The notes below the pieces were generated by a model. That model was given only the letters and a program-made list of their open reading frames with translations. It ran no database searches and was not told the DNA's origin. A DNA stretch of 64,000 nucleotides, from contig NC_042998.1 of the NCBI RefSeq assembly GCF_006345805.1, forward strand, positions 76,012,001 to 76,076,000, in the 5' to 3' direction. The DNA comes from Octopus sinensis (Eukaryota). The translations under genes were made by a program, and so were the position numbers. Shown here piece by piece: positions 37,926 through 52,659 of the stretch; position 1 is the stretch's first letter, and each line of letters opens with the position of its first letter.

Positions 37926-38981
37926 ATAATAATAATAATGAAACTATTGTATACAGTGCTCAGGTGCACCACAACTTGTTAAAAGTGCATATGAAGTATA
38001 TGCAGTAATGTACAAATGTCTGGAAAGCGAACAGTGTATGAGTCAGATTTATGCTTGTGTGTGTATGGAGGGAGGAAATCAGGTGTAGTGTTGGCGAATC
38101 TCAGGAAGCATGGAAGTTTTGAAGGATGCAGTGCTCCGACAACTAACAACTGATGCTGGCAGTCTGTTCCATGCTTCAGCAACTCTTAGCGTGAAAAAAT
38201 GTTTCCGAAAGTCATGGGAGCTGTGCTGTTTTCTGACTTTGTAAACATGTCCACGGGTGTTAGACAGGTGGAGTTTGAAAAGGTGCTCAGAGTTATTGTT
38301 TGTAAGATGGTTAATAATTTTATGGGTGTCTGCTAAGTCAGCTGCCAGACATCGGAGTTTCAATGTGTCCCTGCCCAGGGAAGTAAGGTGTTCAGAATAT
38401 GGCAAATGCCTGATGGAGGGTATTCTCTTGGTTGCACGTCGCTGAACGGCTTCCAGACGATTAATATCCTGGGCAAGATAGGGGTTCCAGACCGGTGATG
38501 CAAATTCCAGGTGAGGTCGTACCATAGCTATATAAAGCCGCAGATAGATAGCCGAAGAGTGGCTCACAAAGGACTTGGTGAGTGATGCCAAGACACCCTC
38601 AGCCTTCTTAGCAATTTTAGCGATGTGTTTTGTCCAATGCAAATTGCTGTCGACAATAACGCACAGGTCACGTTCACAAGAAGACTGTTTGAGACTAGTG
38701 TTGTGGAGGGAGTAAGTAGACGCTGGGTTTTTCCTCCCAAAATGCATGGTGGTACATTTGTCCACAGCCAGCTTGAGTTGCCAGTCCATGATCCACTGCT
38801 GCATTGTGTCCAGGTCTGATTGCAATAGAGATCTATAGTGTACAGGATCTGTACACTATATTTCTTTATTTCAAGGTACAGCTTGATGTCATCTGCATAT
38901 TTCAACACTGTAGCATTCTTTAAGTTGGCATCTATGTCATTAACATATGCAACAAATAAAAGGGGGCCAAGAAGAGAGCAC
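37926..38981 (-). mobile_element. CR1-clade LINE, 5'-truncated
   Basis: LGPLLF...KYADDIKL, ERDLCVIVD, VRPHLEFASPVWNPY, LEAVQRRATK, TRGH and FFTLRVAEAWNRLP. (ATT)n tail. Confidence 0.92.
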
Positions 38982-39514
38982 TTGCTTTTACAAATATCTA
39001 ATAGGTTTATATGATGGATAAAATAGTATAAAATAGGAGGTCTGTATTTTCTACAGTGACATTTATTAGCGACCAAGTGAAGGCGCATGGCTTGGTGGTT
39101 AGGGTATTTGGCTCACAGTCATAAGGTCATGAGTTCAATTCTCGATGGCATGTTGTGTCCTTCAGTGAGACACTTTATTTCACATTGCTCCAGTTCACTC
39201 AGCTGGGTGAAAATGAATTGTACCTGTATTTCAAAGGTGCCAGCTGTGTCACAGTGAATCTCCTTGTGAACTACATTGAGAGTATATGTGTCTGTGTTGT
39301 ACTCAGCCACTTACATGTTAATTTCATGTACAGGCTGTAACATCGATTGGATCAACTGGAACCCTCTTCATTGTAATCAACAGAGTGCTAGAATTCAGAA
39401 CTACCTAATATATATATGATTATATAAAATTGTTGGGGGAAGTGGTTATAAGTCTTATTCAAATTAGGAATATAGAACTTTGAAATATTAATTTGTTTTT
39501 TTCTTTATTTTCAG

Positions 39515-39686
39515 GTGGCATGTTCCTACCTCCTACCACAGCTCTTGGTGCTGGTCTTTACTCTATAAGCATCTATGGTGGTTTGGTTCTCTTTTCAATG
39601 TTCTTATTGTATGATACTCAAAAAATTATTAAAAAAGCAGAAACACACCCGGTGTATGCTATGCGACCATTTGACCCCATTGACAG
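39515..39686 (+). CDS. GHITM: GHITM coding exon 6
   Basis: ttcag|GT GMFLPPTTALGAGLYSISIYGGLVLFSMFLLYDTQKIIKKAE...FDPID AG|GTTGGT, 172 nt. Contains the BI-1-family YDTQ motif. Confidence 0.97.
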
Positions 39687-42116
39687 GTTGGTATTTTTAA
39701 AGATCTGTATTAATTTTAGATTTTTGCTTTAATAGACTATTTCAGAGAGGTATTTTCATCATCATTTAATGTCCATTTTCCATGCTTGCATGGGTTGGAT
39801 GATTGGACGGGATCTGGCAAGCCAGAGATCTGCGATAGGCTCAATTGTCTTTTTCGGCATGGTTTCTAAGGCTAGGTGCCCTTCTTAATGCCAACCGCTT
39901 TACAGAGTGTTCTGGGTGCTTTTTATATGACATTCTCAGTTCCACTCCCTCTCTCAGCTGAGAGAGGGAGTGGAGAAAGGAGAGGAAGGTGAGAAAGTTT
40001 GAAAGAAAGAAAGACAGAAAGACAGTCAGGGTGAGAGAGAGGGCCTGCCCATTGGGGAACAGTGGGGGTAGTATAAATAATATAGAGGGGTATGTTCCAT
40101 GAATGTGTGAAGGGAGATGTTTAGAGATAGCAAGTAATGATGAGAGGAACTGGAGTGGTTGTAGAGACATCAAGTGATGGTGAGAGGAATTGGAGTAGGA
40201 TATCATAGGTATGTGAGTGCATGGAGGGTGTGCAGATAGGCACATAAGGAACAATAGGTGGTGGGGGTGAGTTTAGGAGAGGACAGAATTATGTGGCCAT
40301 AAAAGACATACCTGTATGTATGAATGGCCATGATTTTACTTAGCTTGATGTCTTCTCAAACACAGCAAATCACCTGCAGTCTCAGTCCCTTGTCATCTCA
40401 GTGGGGTTCAACATCTGAAGTCTTACCACTTCATCCCACATTTTCCTGGATCTACCCCTTCCACAGGTTCCCTCCACAAGATATCAGTATCAATATTTTT
40501 ATCATTAAAATGTAAAATGCTTAATTACAGAAAAAAAGTGTCTTTTATTCATTTCTCAAGAAATAGACATTTCTTATCCAAACAGTTTTTCTGTGTGGGA
40601 ACTTTTCTGAATTTTACCTCCAATTTGTTTATAGATTATTTTTCACATTTTCAAATTGTGCTTTTATTCATTTATTTCTGATCACACATAGTTTAAATGT
40701 CTCCAGCTGCTATAAGTCTAACGCATTTATTCTTCATTATAGAATAGCTTGATATTGTTGACACATGTATAAATAATCTAGTCAAGCTTGCTCAGGTTTG
40801 AGTCATTCACATCTTTTCTTCATTAATAATGTCTATGGACACTGGGCCTATAAACATTATCAGTAATGCAGTTCTACATTTGGGGCTTTTATCTTACTCT
40901 TCTCTCCTGAATCATGATGCTTGAGTTACAAAGGACTTCAGTGGAACTTCACCTATAAGCAATTGCTAAGTCTTCAATGGCTGCCCCTCTTGCTTATTTG
41001 ACACTCTCTTATTTTTCTGTCATCTTTTTTCTCTTATTCATTGCACCATAACTGCTGTGAGATGAAAAGAAACATTAAATCTGTCCATTTTCAATTCTTT
41101 CCTTCTGCCAGTATCTCACTACTCCTCTCTCCTTCCAAATCACAAAGGATTGCAATGGATCTTTTCGTAATCATACACTCTCATTCCTACCCTTATGTTC
41201 TGCTTGTCAGCACTCTCTCCTCAAATCCCTTCTTTACTGATATTTATCACCAATTATCTTTTGCCCTTCTATGATGCTAACCCCCCATCTCTCTTCCCTT
41301 AATCATTTTTTATTGGCATCCATCGTATGCTCTCTCTCTCTTCCTCCAGCAGACATGTAGTAGCTGCTTTGATAACTCTCTTCTATTATGATACCTGTGT
41401 AACACAGGTTGCATTGGATCTAATGTAATTTGATACAGCCCTCTCTCTTACCATGAAACATGTGCTACTTGTCATTACCCTCCATCTCTCAGGTCACTCC
41501 TTTATTGAAATGTCTTTCTTTTCTCTTCTGTTCTTTAGCCATCACTCTCTCTCCCCCAGGTCACTCTCGTTGCCCTCTTTATCAAGCTAAGTCCTGCTTC
41601 ACCTATTTCTCCTTTCTGTTTATAGCTAACAAGTGACCTGTTTTCACTTTTCTCTCTTTCTCTCTACCAGACCTTAGTTCATCTTCTGCAGTTACCCTCT
41701 GCTCTATGTACTGTATTGATTACTGTGTGTAAAATGTCTCCAGTACACTCTGGACAAAGACAATATAGGATTGAGTGAAGTCCCTTCATCCTGTCTTGTC
41801 AAGGTCATGACAATCTCACTAGTGTTGGTCCACAGTAAAATGCTCCTGATACAATCCATAAAGTGCTTGGTGATAAAAAGAGCATCTAACCAGAGAAACG
41901 TATGTCAAAATAAAATGTGCAAGGGAAACATGGTACTTGTTCACTAGTATGTTGTATTTATAGCTAACAAGTGACCATTTTCCTTATTATAAAGCTTCCT
42001 TTAGGTTGTTGTTTGGTAAAGGCCTCTCTTTATCCATTATGTCTGAAAAAAGAAAAATGTAATTATTCTGAATATTTTTAATGACCTGTTGCTAATTTTT
42101 TTCTTTTCTTTTTCAG

Positions 42117-42201
42117 TTCTATTGGTATTTATATGGACACAATAAACATTTTTATTCGGATTGTCACAATTTTATCTGGCGGTAGTAACCGAAGACGCTA
42201 A
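42117..42201 (+). CDS. GHITM: GHITM last coding exon (not in the ORF track)
   Basis: tttcag|T SIGIYMDTINIFIRIVTILSGGSNRRR*. The seven exons total 1020 nt. Confidence 0.96.
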
Positions 42202-42676
42202 GAAAATATCCAGCCATGATGTGTATTGTCCTATTACAACTTGTGTCATTACAGAACTCCAACTTCAGTAACACCATTACTTAACAAATTTGTGATGGTG
42301 TAAATATATACAAAAAAAAAAAAGACATAATGAATACTTAAAAAGTGGGCTTCTAATATTGTTGACAAAATTAGATATTTTCATTTTTCTTCTTCCTACT
42401 TAATTCTTTTCATTTTAATTACATGTAATCCTTTATGAAAATTATTTTAACATCCCTTCTACAAATCTTTCTATAGTGAATGGACATTCTAGTGAGGGAA
42501 TTATTATAAAAACTCTAGGAATGAAATATGAAATTATTGTACAGAACGTGATAAATATTTTATTCTGATTGCTTTGTTATTTGGATATTTTTCTCTATAA
42601 CCTTTTTTAAAAATTATTTAAATCTTTGGCTTTGTTTTGTATTTGAGATCACATATTACAAGTCAAGAATTGATGG

Positions 42677-43020
42677 AATAAATCTGTAATAAATTGTAAT
42701 GATTGATGGGGTCTTTAATGAATAACAGCAACTAAGATAAAGGATATACCAGTTAGTGTTAGATAAAAATATAAAAGATGTGAATAGCTGAAATATTTCT
42801 TGAATGACATAAAATTTTAAGCTTAACTGAACTTCCACTAGTTCTTGGGGAAACATTAAGCAGTTATCTTTTCTTCTGAAGGTTTTCTAAGCGGCACAAT
42901 CATCCTCATAATTTTAGATGTCTTTTCTTGATAAAGGGTTAGTAAAATTGCATGAGATATTGATGGTATGAGGCAGTATTGATAAATGTTAATATAAAAC
43001 TCATGGAAAATAAATAAAAT
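42677..43020 (+). terminator. Candidate GHITM polyadenylation signals
   Basis: AATAAA at 42677, 42688 and ~43009 in an AT-rich 3' region. Chance occurrence is possible. Confidence 0.3.
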
Positions 43021-44680
43021 ATTTTAAAAATTTTGAATCAGATAATTATTTCTTATACAAGAATACATTGACGTCCTTAACTGATTGAAAATTTAAGAAT
43101 TTATTCACTGAATTAATGTTTTAATATTAATGGTGGGGAATATTTAATTGGTTTCCTAGGTAAAATATTTCAATGTTATAGAAAGGAAAACTATAATTAA
43201 TGATATTCTTGTCTTTCTCAAGAGCATTAAGCCAAATAACTGAAGTGAAATTTTCACAACCGGCTATTCATAAGCAAGTCACATCTCTGCAAGAGCTTAC
43301 CCATACAATTCTAATCAGTGAGAATATTAAATACAATTTTCCTTCCCCAACCAGCAACAAATATTCCTAAAACTATTTAAGGTTGGAATTTTCTCACCCA
43401 GGGCTTCTTGCAAGGAACTACACTGTATTAACTTCCTCAGTTTCAGTCATACACTCTATATTCCAAGCATATTTAGGTTTATAAAGGATTGAAAGGGCTT
43501 GAATAGAATGCCAAAACTGTATCACAAAGGCTGATGATGCATGCAAATAACAGTCTAATGTTTGTTAGTTATATGAGGGTCTGGAATTGTTCATGTGTAG
43601 TAGGAATGTTGAGTTTTGCTTTCTTGTGATGTGCACTAGTGCTCACAACAGAATCTTTTAGAAGACTGTTCAGAAAAGATGGACAAGTCTAGTAAGAGAT
43701 GGTGAAGTTGTTGGTGCCAATCTTGTAAAAGGAATAGCTCTGGCTGCAGGAGGCAACAAAAACACCATTACCCATGCTAGCATGGAAAGCGGACGTTAAA
43801 CAATGATGATGATGTAATGAAGAAATAATTGAGTAAGCTTTTAAGATAATTCCAAGGTGACTGAGCTATTTTAGGGCCTTGTCAGGAATTTTCTAATTTA
43901 CTTTCCTCTTTTTGATCTGTTCTACCATATTGAACAGTGTAAACTAATGGTATATGAAACTGCTCTTCTGTAGAGAAATGGTTAACTGTCAAAAACACCT
44001 TTAGTTATGGATTGACTGCTGTAAACCTTATCACATTTGCTGTAGCTGGTTGCAGACTCAGTTACTTTCACACTTAAAACATTTCACTATTATCTATAAG
44101 TATATAAATTATAAATCTAAACACAGAAATGTGTTAATATTTTTATAAATGCGAACACATTTACCACTTAATCCTAGTATACCTATCACTGACTTATTCT
44201 TGAATGAAACAAAATACCTTTTGTTGGACTCATTGTTTTAATAAAACATGTAAGACAGCCAGTATTAATACTTTGTGAATTTGATTCTGAGTAATTTTAC
44301 TATGTTCTTTTGAACAGATAACTCCAAGATTTATTAGAAAATAAAATAACTTCTGCCTATGCTCTGGTATAATAGTTGATTACATGCACTTCTGTTATTA
44401 GAGGCATTCAACATGTGATCAGCCCTATTTTTTTGGAGAGGAGTAAAGAAATGGAAGTTGTTCCTCATTTTTACCATTAACAAAGACATAAATGAGAACA
44501 ATTGCATAAAGAAAGAAGTCCCATGTACTCAAGGTGAATGGTACCTGTGAAAGAAGATAAATGTAGTGTTGAAGTTGAGAAGATGCCAAAGGACTTCATT
44601 GAGTGTTAATACACTGGGTGTGAAGAGAAGACCTGCTCAGACATAGCAAAATGAATGTTAAAATAGTGTATGTGTGTGCC

Positions 44681-44713
<33 letters not shown>

Positions 44714-44741
44714 ACACATATGCATGTTTCTCTGTGTATGT

Positions 44742-46430
44742 ATCATCATCCTTTAATGTCCACACTCCATGCTAGCATGGGTTGGACAATTTGACTGAGG
44801 ACTGGCGAACCAGATGGCTACACCAGGCTCCAATCTTGATCTAGCAGAGATTTACTACATCTGGATGCCCTTCCTAAAGCCAACCACTCCGATAGTTTAG
44901 GGCCAGTCAGGCGGTACTGGCAACGGCCACGCTCAAATGGTGTTTTTTATGTGCCACCTGCTCAGGAGCCAGTCTAGCAGCACTGGCAATACCCTCACTC
45001 AAATGTTTTTTCATATGCCAGTAAGGCGACACTGGTAACGATCACACTTGAATGCTGCTTTTTACATGCCACTGGCATGAAAGCCAGTTAGCCGCTCTGG
45101 CAACGATCATGCTCAGATGGTGCTCTTAGCACTCCACTAGCATGGATGCCAGTCATCAAATTTGATTTTGATTTCACTTGCCTCAACAGGTCTTCGCAAG
45201 CAGAGTTTAGTGTCTAATGAAGGAAAGGTATGCATAAGTGGGCTGATTACACCCCAGGCATAGGCCACGAGGTTATGGTCTCATTTGGCTTGGTGGGTCT
45301 TCTAAAGCACAGCATATTTCCAAAGGTCTCGGTCACTAGTCATTGCCTCGGTGAGGCCTAATGTTCGAAGGGTGTGCTTCACCACCTCATCCCAGGTCTT
45401 CCTGGGTCTACCTCTTCCACAGATTCCCTCAACCACTAGGATGTGGCACTTTTTTACACAGCTATCCTCATCCATTCTCGCCACATGACCATACCAGCGC
45501 AGTCGTCTCTATTGCACACCACATCTGATGCTTCTTCGGTCACACTTTTTCTCTCGAGGTACTTACACTCTGTTGAGTATGCACACTGACATTACACATC
45601 CATCGGATCATACTGGCTTCATTCCTTGCAAGCTTACGCATGTCCTCAAGTCACAGCCCATTATTCACTGCCATGTAGCATGACTCTTCATACACATGCA
45701 TCATACAGTCTACCTTTTACTCTGAGCGAGAGGCCTTTGTCACCAGCAGAGATAAGAGCTCTCTGAACTTTGCCCAGGCTATTCTTATTCTAGCAGCTAC
45801 ACTTTCATCACACTTTCCCCCGCTACTGACTTGGTCACCTGGGTAACGGAAGCTATCAACTACTAGTTTTTCTCCCTGGAATGTGGCGGAAGCTGTTTTA
45901 TGCACATTTTCAGTGTGTATTTCCCCTGAACATTTGCCACAGACAAAAACTATCTTCCCAGTTAGCCTTCCTTTGATATTACTGCACCTCTATGTGTCCA
46001 TAGCTTACACTAGGTACATCTTAAAGGCAGCGAGCTGGCAGACACGTTAGCGTGCCAGGCGAAATGCTTAGCGGTATTTTGTCTGTTGTTAGGTTCTGAG
46101 TTAAAATTCCGCCGAGGTCGACTTTGCCTTTCATCCTTTCGGGGTCGATAAATAAAGTACCAGTTTCGCACTGGGGTCGATGTAATCGAATTAATTCATT
46201 TGTTTGTCCCCTCTATGTTTAGCCCCTAGGTACATCTTATAGAGTTTCTACCTGCGCCCTTTCTACAGATCGAGCAGGGCCATCTACCTGAAGGGATTTG
46301 TGGTTTGCCTGCCTTCCTACTTATTAGGACTTTGGTTTTAGCTAGGTTGACTCTAAGGCCCTTTGATTCTAATCCTTGTTTCCACACCTGAAACTTCTTG
46401 AGTTCTGATAGTGACTCAGCATTTAGAGCA
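44742..46430 (-). mobile_element. RTE LINE 3' part with a nested SINE
   Basis: RIRIAWAKFRELL and [15 protein letters not shown], with UTR tandem units. Confidence 0.9.
46024..46225 (+). mobile_element. tRNA-derived SINE inserted in the RTE, 14-bp TSD
   Basis: CTAGGTACATCTTA occurs at 46010-46023 and 46226-46239. Confidence 0.9.
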
Positions 46431-46539
46431 AGTTTATTTTAACAAGATACCTCTTGAAATCACCTGAGGAGACACAGATACACCTAAACCAGATGTTCAG
46501 TATCCCACTCATGAGGGATTGATGCTAGATGGGTTTCTC

Positions 46540-49500
46540 ATTAATCAAATATGTACATACATGTTGGACAGCATCCCCATGGATTCCATGGAGTGCTGAC
46601 TTTGGCCTTAGGAATGAGGAGGGAACATGACTGAAATGATCTCATGATCTACAACACTAACTTCAGAAAACCAACCAGCCACATGATCACTTATCAATAT
46701 GGGGGACACATAAGCCAGATTGATTACCTTCTCACCAGCTAATGAGATAGATGGTTGCAAATGCAAAGTATTTCCGTGGGGAAAGAGGCATGGAAATTTC
46801 ACAGGAAGTGTATAACCCTACATAGATTACTAGTTAGTGACTTCAGAATTAAAGTTAGAAAGACTCAGAGAAATATACTCATTCTGGAAAAGAAGATTAT
46901 GGAAGCTTCTGATAAAAGAGAGGAAGAGTTGGGGACTTATAGCTTAGAGGACAATTGGAAGTTCCTGCAGGAAAATCTACTGAGAGCTGCAGACCAAATC
47001 TGTGGCTGGTGCAAAGTCCCAGCTAGGTCGAGAGTGACATGGTGGCAGAACAAGGCAGTAGATAGTGCTTTAAAAGCAAAGAGACAAGCCTGGAATGACT
47101 GGGAAAACAGTGGTAGCAGAGAATTATATCAGGTAACTAGAAAGCAGCTAAGTATCAGGTTTACATAGCAAAAGGAGGGAATAGCAAACAGTAAGATATT
47201 TGCGAATGTTCTACAGTGGAGGATCAGAGGTGTAAGGTGTTCAGGATTGCAAAGCAGTGTATCAGAGAGAATAGAGATGTGGTGTGTGAGAAATGCATGT
47301 GAATGGATAATGGTATGATTGCACTCAGTGGCTCTGAGAAGAAAGGCATGGAAATGTCACTATGGAAGGTTGCTAAATATGGAAAATGCATGGGAGGAGG
47401 AGAGTCTTTCAAATATTGAACCAATTGAGGGACCAGCCATCAGAGTTGATAGTAAATTAATAGATAAGACAATCAAGGATATGAAGACAGGAAAAGCCCC
47501 TGGGTCATCAGGAATCACTGCCAAGATGATTAAAATATCTGGTGGTGTAGGATACAGCCTAGTCATCTGTATAGTTAATTAGGTTATTCAGGAAGGTGCC
47601 ATTCTCAAAGACTGGTGTAGTAGTATTATAGTTAGCTGCTACAAGGGTAATGGTGATGCCTTAGATAGAAACAACTATGGTGGTATCAAACTACTGGACC
47701 AGGTCAGAAAAATCACAGAGTTATAGCTCAATTGATTAGGAATAAAATTAAACGAGATGAGATGCAATTTGCTTTTTGTACCTGGGAAGAGTACCTCATA
47801 TGCTGTCAGACAGCTGCAAGAAAAGTATTTGGCCAAAAGTAAGCCATTATATCTAGCTTTCATCAACCTGGTGAAAACTTTCAACAGAGTCCTCTGCTCA
47901 CTGGATTGTTAGAGCTGGACAAGCCATGTACAGTGGTTCTGTCAGTGAGGTAAGAGTTGGCTACGAATACAGTGGTGAATTTAGCATACAAGTAAGAGTT
48001 TACTGAGGTTCAATTCTCAGCCCACTCTTATTCAACATGGTCCTCCAAGCTGTAACAGAGGAATTCAAAGCTGGATGGCCATGGGAACTACTATATGCTG
48101 ATGACCTTGCTCTTATTACAGAACTGGAGAAAAAATTCCAGGTGTGGAAGCAAAATCTAGAATCAAAGGACCTTAAAGTTAACCTAGCAAAGACCAAAAT
48201 TGTTATTAGCATGAAAGCAGATAAGACTCTTTCAATCAGGTAAATGACCCTGCTCAATATGTAGGAAAGGAGTTGGAAGTAATTCCATTCACTGTACCTA
48301 GTGTAAGCTATGGATATATGAGGTGCAGTAGAATCTCAGGTAGGTGCAGGAACAATAAGCACTGAGGGCACACAGGACTTAGACTCTCTCAAATGCCCAT
48401 GGAGCTCTTTTGAAGTTGTAGATAATTTCTGTTATATAGGCAACCAAATTAGGAAGGATGGAGGATGCTCTGAAGGTATTGTTTCCAGAATAAGAAAAGG
48501 GTGGAGGAAGTTCAGAAAGCTATTATCTCTGTTGGCAACAAGAGAATTCTCTCTTTGAGTGAAAGTTAGATTATACAATGCTTGTGTATGAATGGCTACA
48601 CTCCATGGCAATGAGACATGGGCTCTGAAATGCAGACTAGAGAAAATAGAAGGCAGTATGCATAAACTAGAGTAAAATGAAGACAGTCTGTTCTGTTTGA
48701 TGTGCAATATCAGTGTGCATGTACAACAAAGTGCAAATGTGTTGAGAGAAAAGTTGGGCGTAAGAGGAATCAAATGTAGCATGCAAGAGAAAAGACTATA
48801 TTGGTTTGGACATGTGATGCATATAAATGAAGACAACAGTATAAAGAAGTGCCAATCACTGAAAGTAGATGGTGCCTGTGGAAGAGGGGGACCCAGGAAG
48901 ATATGGGATGAAGTGGTGATGACCAATCTCAGTTTGTTGGGTCTCACAGAGGAAATGACAATGAACTGGGGGTCTGGTGATATGAGGTTCTCGAGAAGAC
49001 CTGCCCACGTCAGCAAAACTGAGTTCTAGAAGTGCTGTATGTTCCACCCACACTTAACAATAAAACTTTCCACACCCCTACCCTAACAAACCAAACTACA
49101 TCTCTTCTCTTTCTCACATTTCTTCTTCATGCACTAGGCTTATCTCTCACTCCCCAATCTTGTCCTCACTGCTCACTGTATCATTGCTATCCTGTAGTCC
49201 TCCACCCCATCTATAGATCCAGGTTTTCACCTGTCACTGCACTACCCTCAGCTCTCATGCGTCTTTGGCAATATCCTGCCACTTATTTTATGACCTCAGG
49301 ACCTTGAGCAATTGTCCTAGCACTTGCCACTACCTATCTCTCTTCCTTTACTCTACCATCCCATTTATATTCTGATCTCTGTTTCTTGTGAGTATGCCCC
49401 AGTACTTCCCCACCATCTCTCTCTTGTGCTCTTGCTGTCTCCCACTCTCTCTCTCTCTCTTTCTCTTCTCTCAGGCTGGATAGCCATGTATTTCCTTTAC

Positions 49501-49970
49501 AGTAACACACTTATTTCTGTTCTCATTCTTGATCACTCTCTTTCTGGCTGAATTACCATGCATCTCCTCCACAGCAAGATACTTGTTTCTGCCTCTTCAT
49601 CATCTGACACAAGATCACCTCCTCTAATGCCCCCTCTTCTCTCAAAGGATCTTTGTCTTGCTAATTACTTAGTGACCCTGCCAGTATTGAAGCCACACAA
49701 AAAGTATCCAGTCTACATTGAAAAGTTGTTGGTGTTTTGGAAGGGCATCCAGCTGTAGAAACCATGCCAAAACTGACCTGGCCTGTGCTTGTCCCACGTA
49801 AAAAGCACTCTGTCTAATTTGCTAGGTGGTTGGTGTGAGGAAGAGCATCCAGCTGTAAAAGTCTACCAAAACAGACACAGAAGTCTGACGCAGTTTCATG
49901 CCGGGCCAGTTCCTGTCAGACCATCCAACCCATGCCAGCATGGAAAGCAGATGTTAAACAATGATGATGA
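46540..49970 (+). mobile_element. Long decayed RTE LINE with a pyrimidine-rich 3' UTR
   Basis: SQIDY, TWWQNKAV, GKAPGSSGI, WELLYADDLAL and GRGGPRKIW. (ATG)n tail. Confidence 0.9.
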
Positions 49971-50464
49971 TACAAGTACCAATTGAGCATTGGGGTAGAC
50001 TGTATGATCTCAAGCTCAAATTCACAACCTCCGCATCAGACCATGGTTAGTGGAGAGAATATGCTGAGGTTTTCATCCTGCAGTGGACTGAATATAGGCA
50101 GTCCAATCCAATATTTATATATTACAGTCAAATCTACATCATTGATAGCTTCTCGTACCATTAATACTACCACTCAGTCATCTTTGGGGTATCTCTCATT
50201 TCCCATCCCTTTATCACTCACCTGTCTGTCACTCATGCTGTTATAATCCATATTTTTAATGCTCATCTCTCAATCACTTTCTCCTCTTTTCACTCTCACT
50301 GTACTATGATGCTAGTGTGACTAAAGATGACTGTGAATCTCGTCTGCTTACTGTTCATTACTTCCATTGTAACTAGAGATGCCACTGCACATATTTGACA
50401 CTCTATCTTTCTCCCTTTCTCATCTTGAGATATGTACTTAAAAGACCTCATTTTACCTATTGTA

Positions 50465-51756
50465 CGAGAGGCGTTCAATAAGTAATGCCCCTGACCCACT
50501 TCTCATAGCAGTAGAGCAACGAAACTTGGCACAGGTATTAGTCTTTTTCTACATAGGAACAACCCAGAGGTACGCATTTCTCCCATCGTTTGATGCAGCT
50601 CTGGAGACCGTTTTCGTAGAAGACCCCAGCTTGGTCCTCCAACCACGACGTGACTTCAGAAATCAAGGCTGCATCATCTGGGAAACACTTTCCTTTCAAA
50701 AATAACTTCATGGCTGGGAAGAGGTGAAAATCAGAGGGTGCAAGGTCAGGAGAGTAGGGGAATGGGGGAAGAGTTCATAGCCGCACGCCTGTGCTTCTGA
50801 TCTGACGACACGCGAGTTGTGGACCGGAGCGTTGTCGTGCAGGAGGAGGATGCCTTTGCTGATCTTGCCCCGCCTCTTGGTTTCGATAGCTTCTCTTAAT
50901 TTCCTCAAAAGTGAAACATGATAGGCTCCTGTAATTGTGGTACCCTTTGCCAGGAAATCTGTCATCACTACTCCGTCCTGGTCCCAGAAGACTGTGAGCA
51001 TGACCTTGCCAGCGGAGGGCTGCACCCTTGCCTTCTTTGGAGGAGGTGAGTCATGGTGCTTCCACTGCATTGACTGGGCTTTGGTCTCTGGATCATAGTG
51101 ATGGACCCAGGTCTCATCCTGTGTAATCAGTCTTTTGAAAAATTTTGACTCATCTTCTTGGCACATCCCTAAATTCTTGCTTCTGGAATTCTTGCGTTCT
51201 TGCTTCTGGAAAAGTGTGAGCAGCCTGGAAATCCATCTGGCAGACACCTTTTGCATATGCAAATGGTCATGAATGATAGTTTCCACAGACCCGGTACTAA
51301 TCTTGACCTCATGGGCTATTTGGCGAATAGTTATGCGTCGATCTTCCAAAATGGCAGCCTCAACTTGACGGACAGATGCCTCATCAATGGCAGAAGGGGT
51401 GCGACCAGATCTGGGAGCTGTTTCCACAGAGTTCCGACCATGTTTGAATTCACGATGCCAGCGTTTTACAAGGTCATATGACGGGGCATCATCACCATAA
51501 GTTACTTTCATTTCATCAAAAGTCTCCTGTGGTGTGCGTCATTTCAAATACAAAAACCGGATCACTGCTCGACACTCAACATGCTCCATTTCCCACTTGA
51601 CTCATTTCAAACACCTGTAAATCAGAAACCACAATTAGTTCGGAGCTGTAATTTGCCATTTAATCTATAGAGATATCAATAATTGCACATGCAAAATTTC
51701 AGCTAGATCAAACAAAGGCAAGTGGGTCAGAGGCATTACTTATTGAACGCCCCTCG
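50465..51756 (-). mobile_element. Full-length mariner (DD34D), inactivated; transposase ~51589-50538
   Basis: 36-bp TIRs with 2 mismatches, TA on both sides, 1292 bp long. Motifs ITQDETWV and LLHDNAP, with YSPDLAPSD after a frameshift. Premature TGA at codon 17. Confidence 0.96.
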
Positions 51757-52352
51757 TATTTGCTACGGACCGTTTGGTATTGACATCCATCATTCAATTC
51801 AATATTTATCCATCTCTTGTTATACATCATGCTCTTACATCTATCTTCTCTAGTGCTAGTACTGTTATAAAATGCACTCAGTGCATTCTGTTAAGTGTGG
51901 GATTGAGAGGGTTCCTTTGTCTTGTCAAAGATATTACAACCTCCTTAGTGTTGGTGCCACACAAAAAAATGTATCCTCGCCATCCTTTAATGTGGTTAGT
52001 ATTAGGAAGGCATCCAGTCTTCCTAATACAATACAACACAAAAAGTGAGATATAGTATTCCAGTTCATGTAAAAGAGTGGCAACAACCTGTCCAACACAT
52101 GCTAGCATGGAAAATGATGACAAGGAGGATAATAATTAGTGATGTGAGTGAAATAGTTATGACCTGGAACCAAAACTATCTTGTAGTCTTAACTAACATG
52201 AAGTTACCTTCTTCATATGACACTCATTGTTATCCACTACCTATGGATAAATAAATATTTCTTTGTTTTGTATTATCTTTGTAAATATGAATGATTAAAT
52301 TTGCATGTTAGGTATCCACTAAATCAATTTTTAAGTGAAACTATAAGATTAA

Positions 52353-52659
52353 TGGAGGCGCAATGGCCCAGTGGTTAGGGCAGTGGACTCACAGTTGGAG
52401 GATCGCGGTTTCGATTCCCAGACTGGGCGTTGTGTGTGTTTATTGAGTGAAAACACCTAAAGCTCCATGAGGCTCTGGCAGGGGGTGGTGGCAACCCCTG
52501 TTGTACTCTTTCGACCCAACTTTCTCTCACTCTTTCTTCCTGTTTCTTGAGTAACGCTGCAATGGACTGGCATTCCGTCCAGCTGGTGGGGAACACATAC
52601 GCCACAGAAACTGGGCCCATGAGCCTGGCTTGGCTTGAAAAAGGGCACATAAATAAAAA
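52353..52659 (+). mobile_element. tRNA-derived SINE, third family, 10-bp TSD
   Basis: A-box TGGCCCAGTGG, B-box GTTTCGATTCC and an A-rich tail. ATAAGATTAA occurs at 52343 and 52660. Confidence 0.85.
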
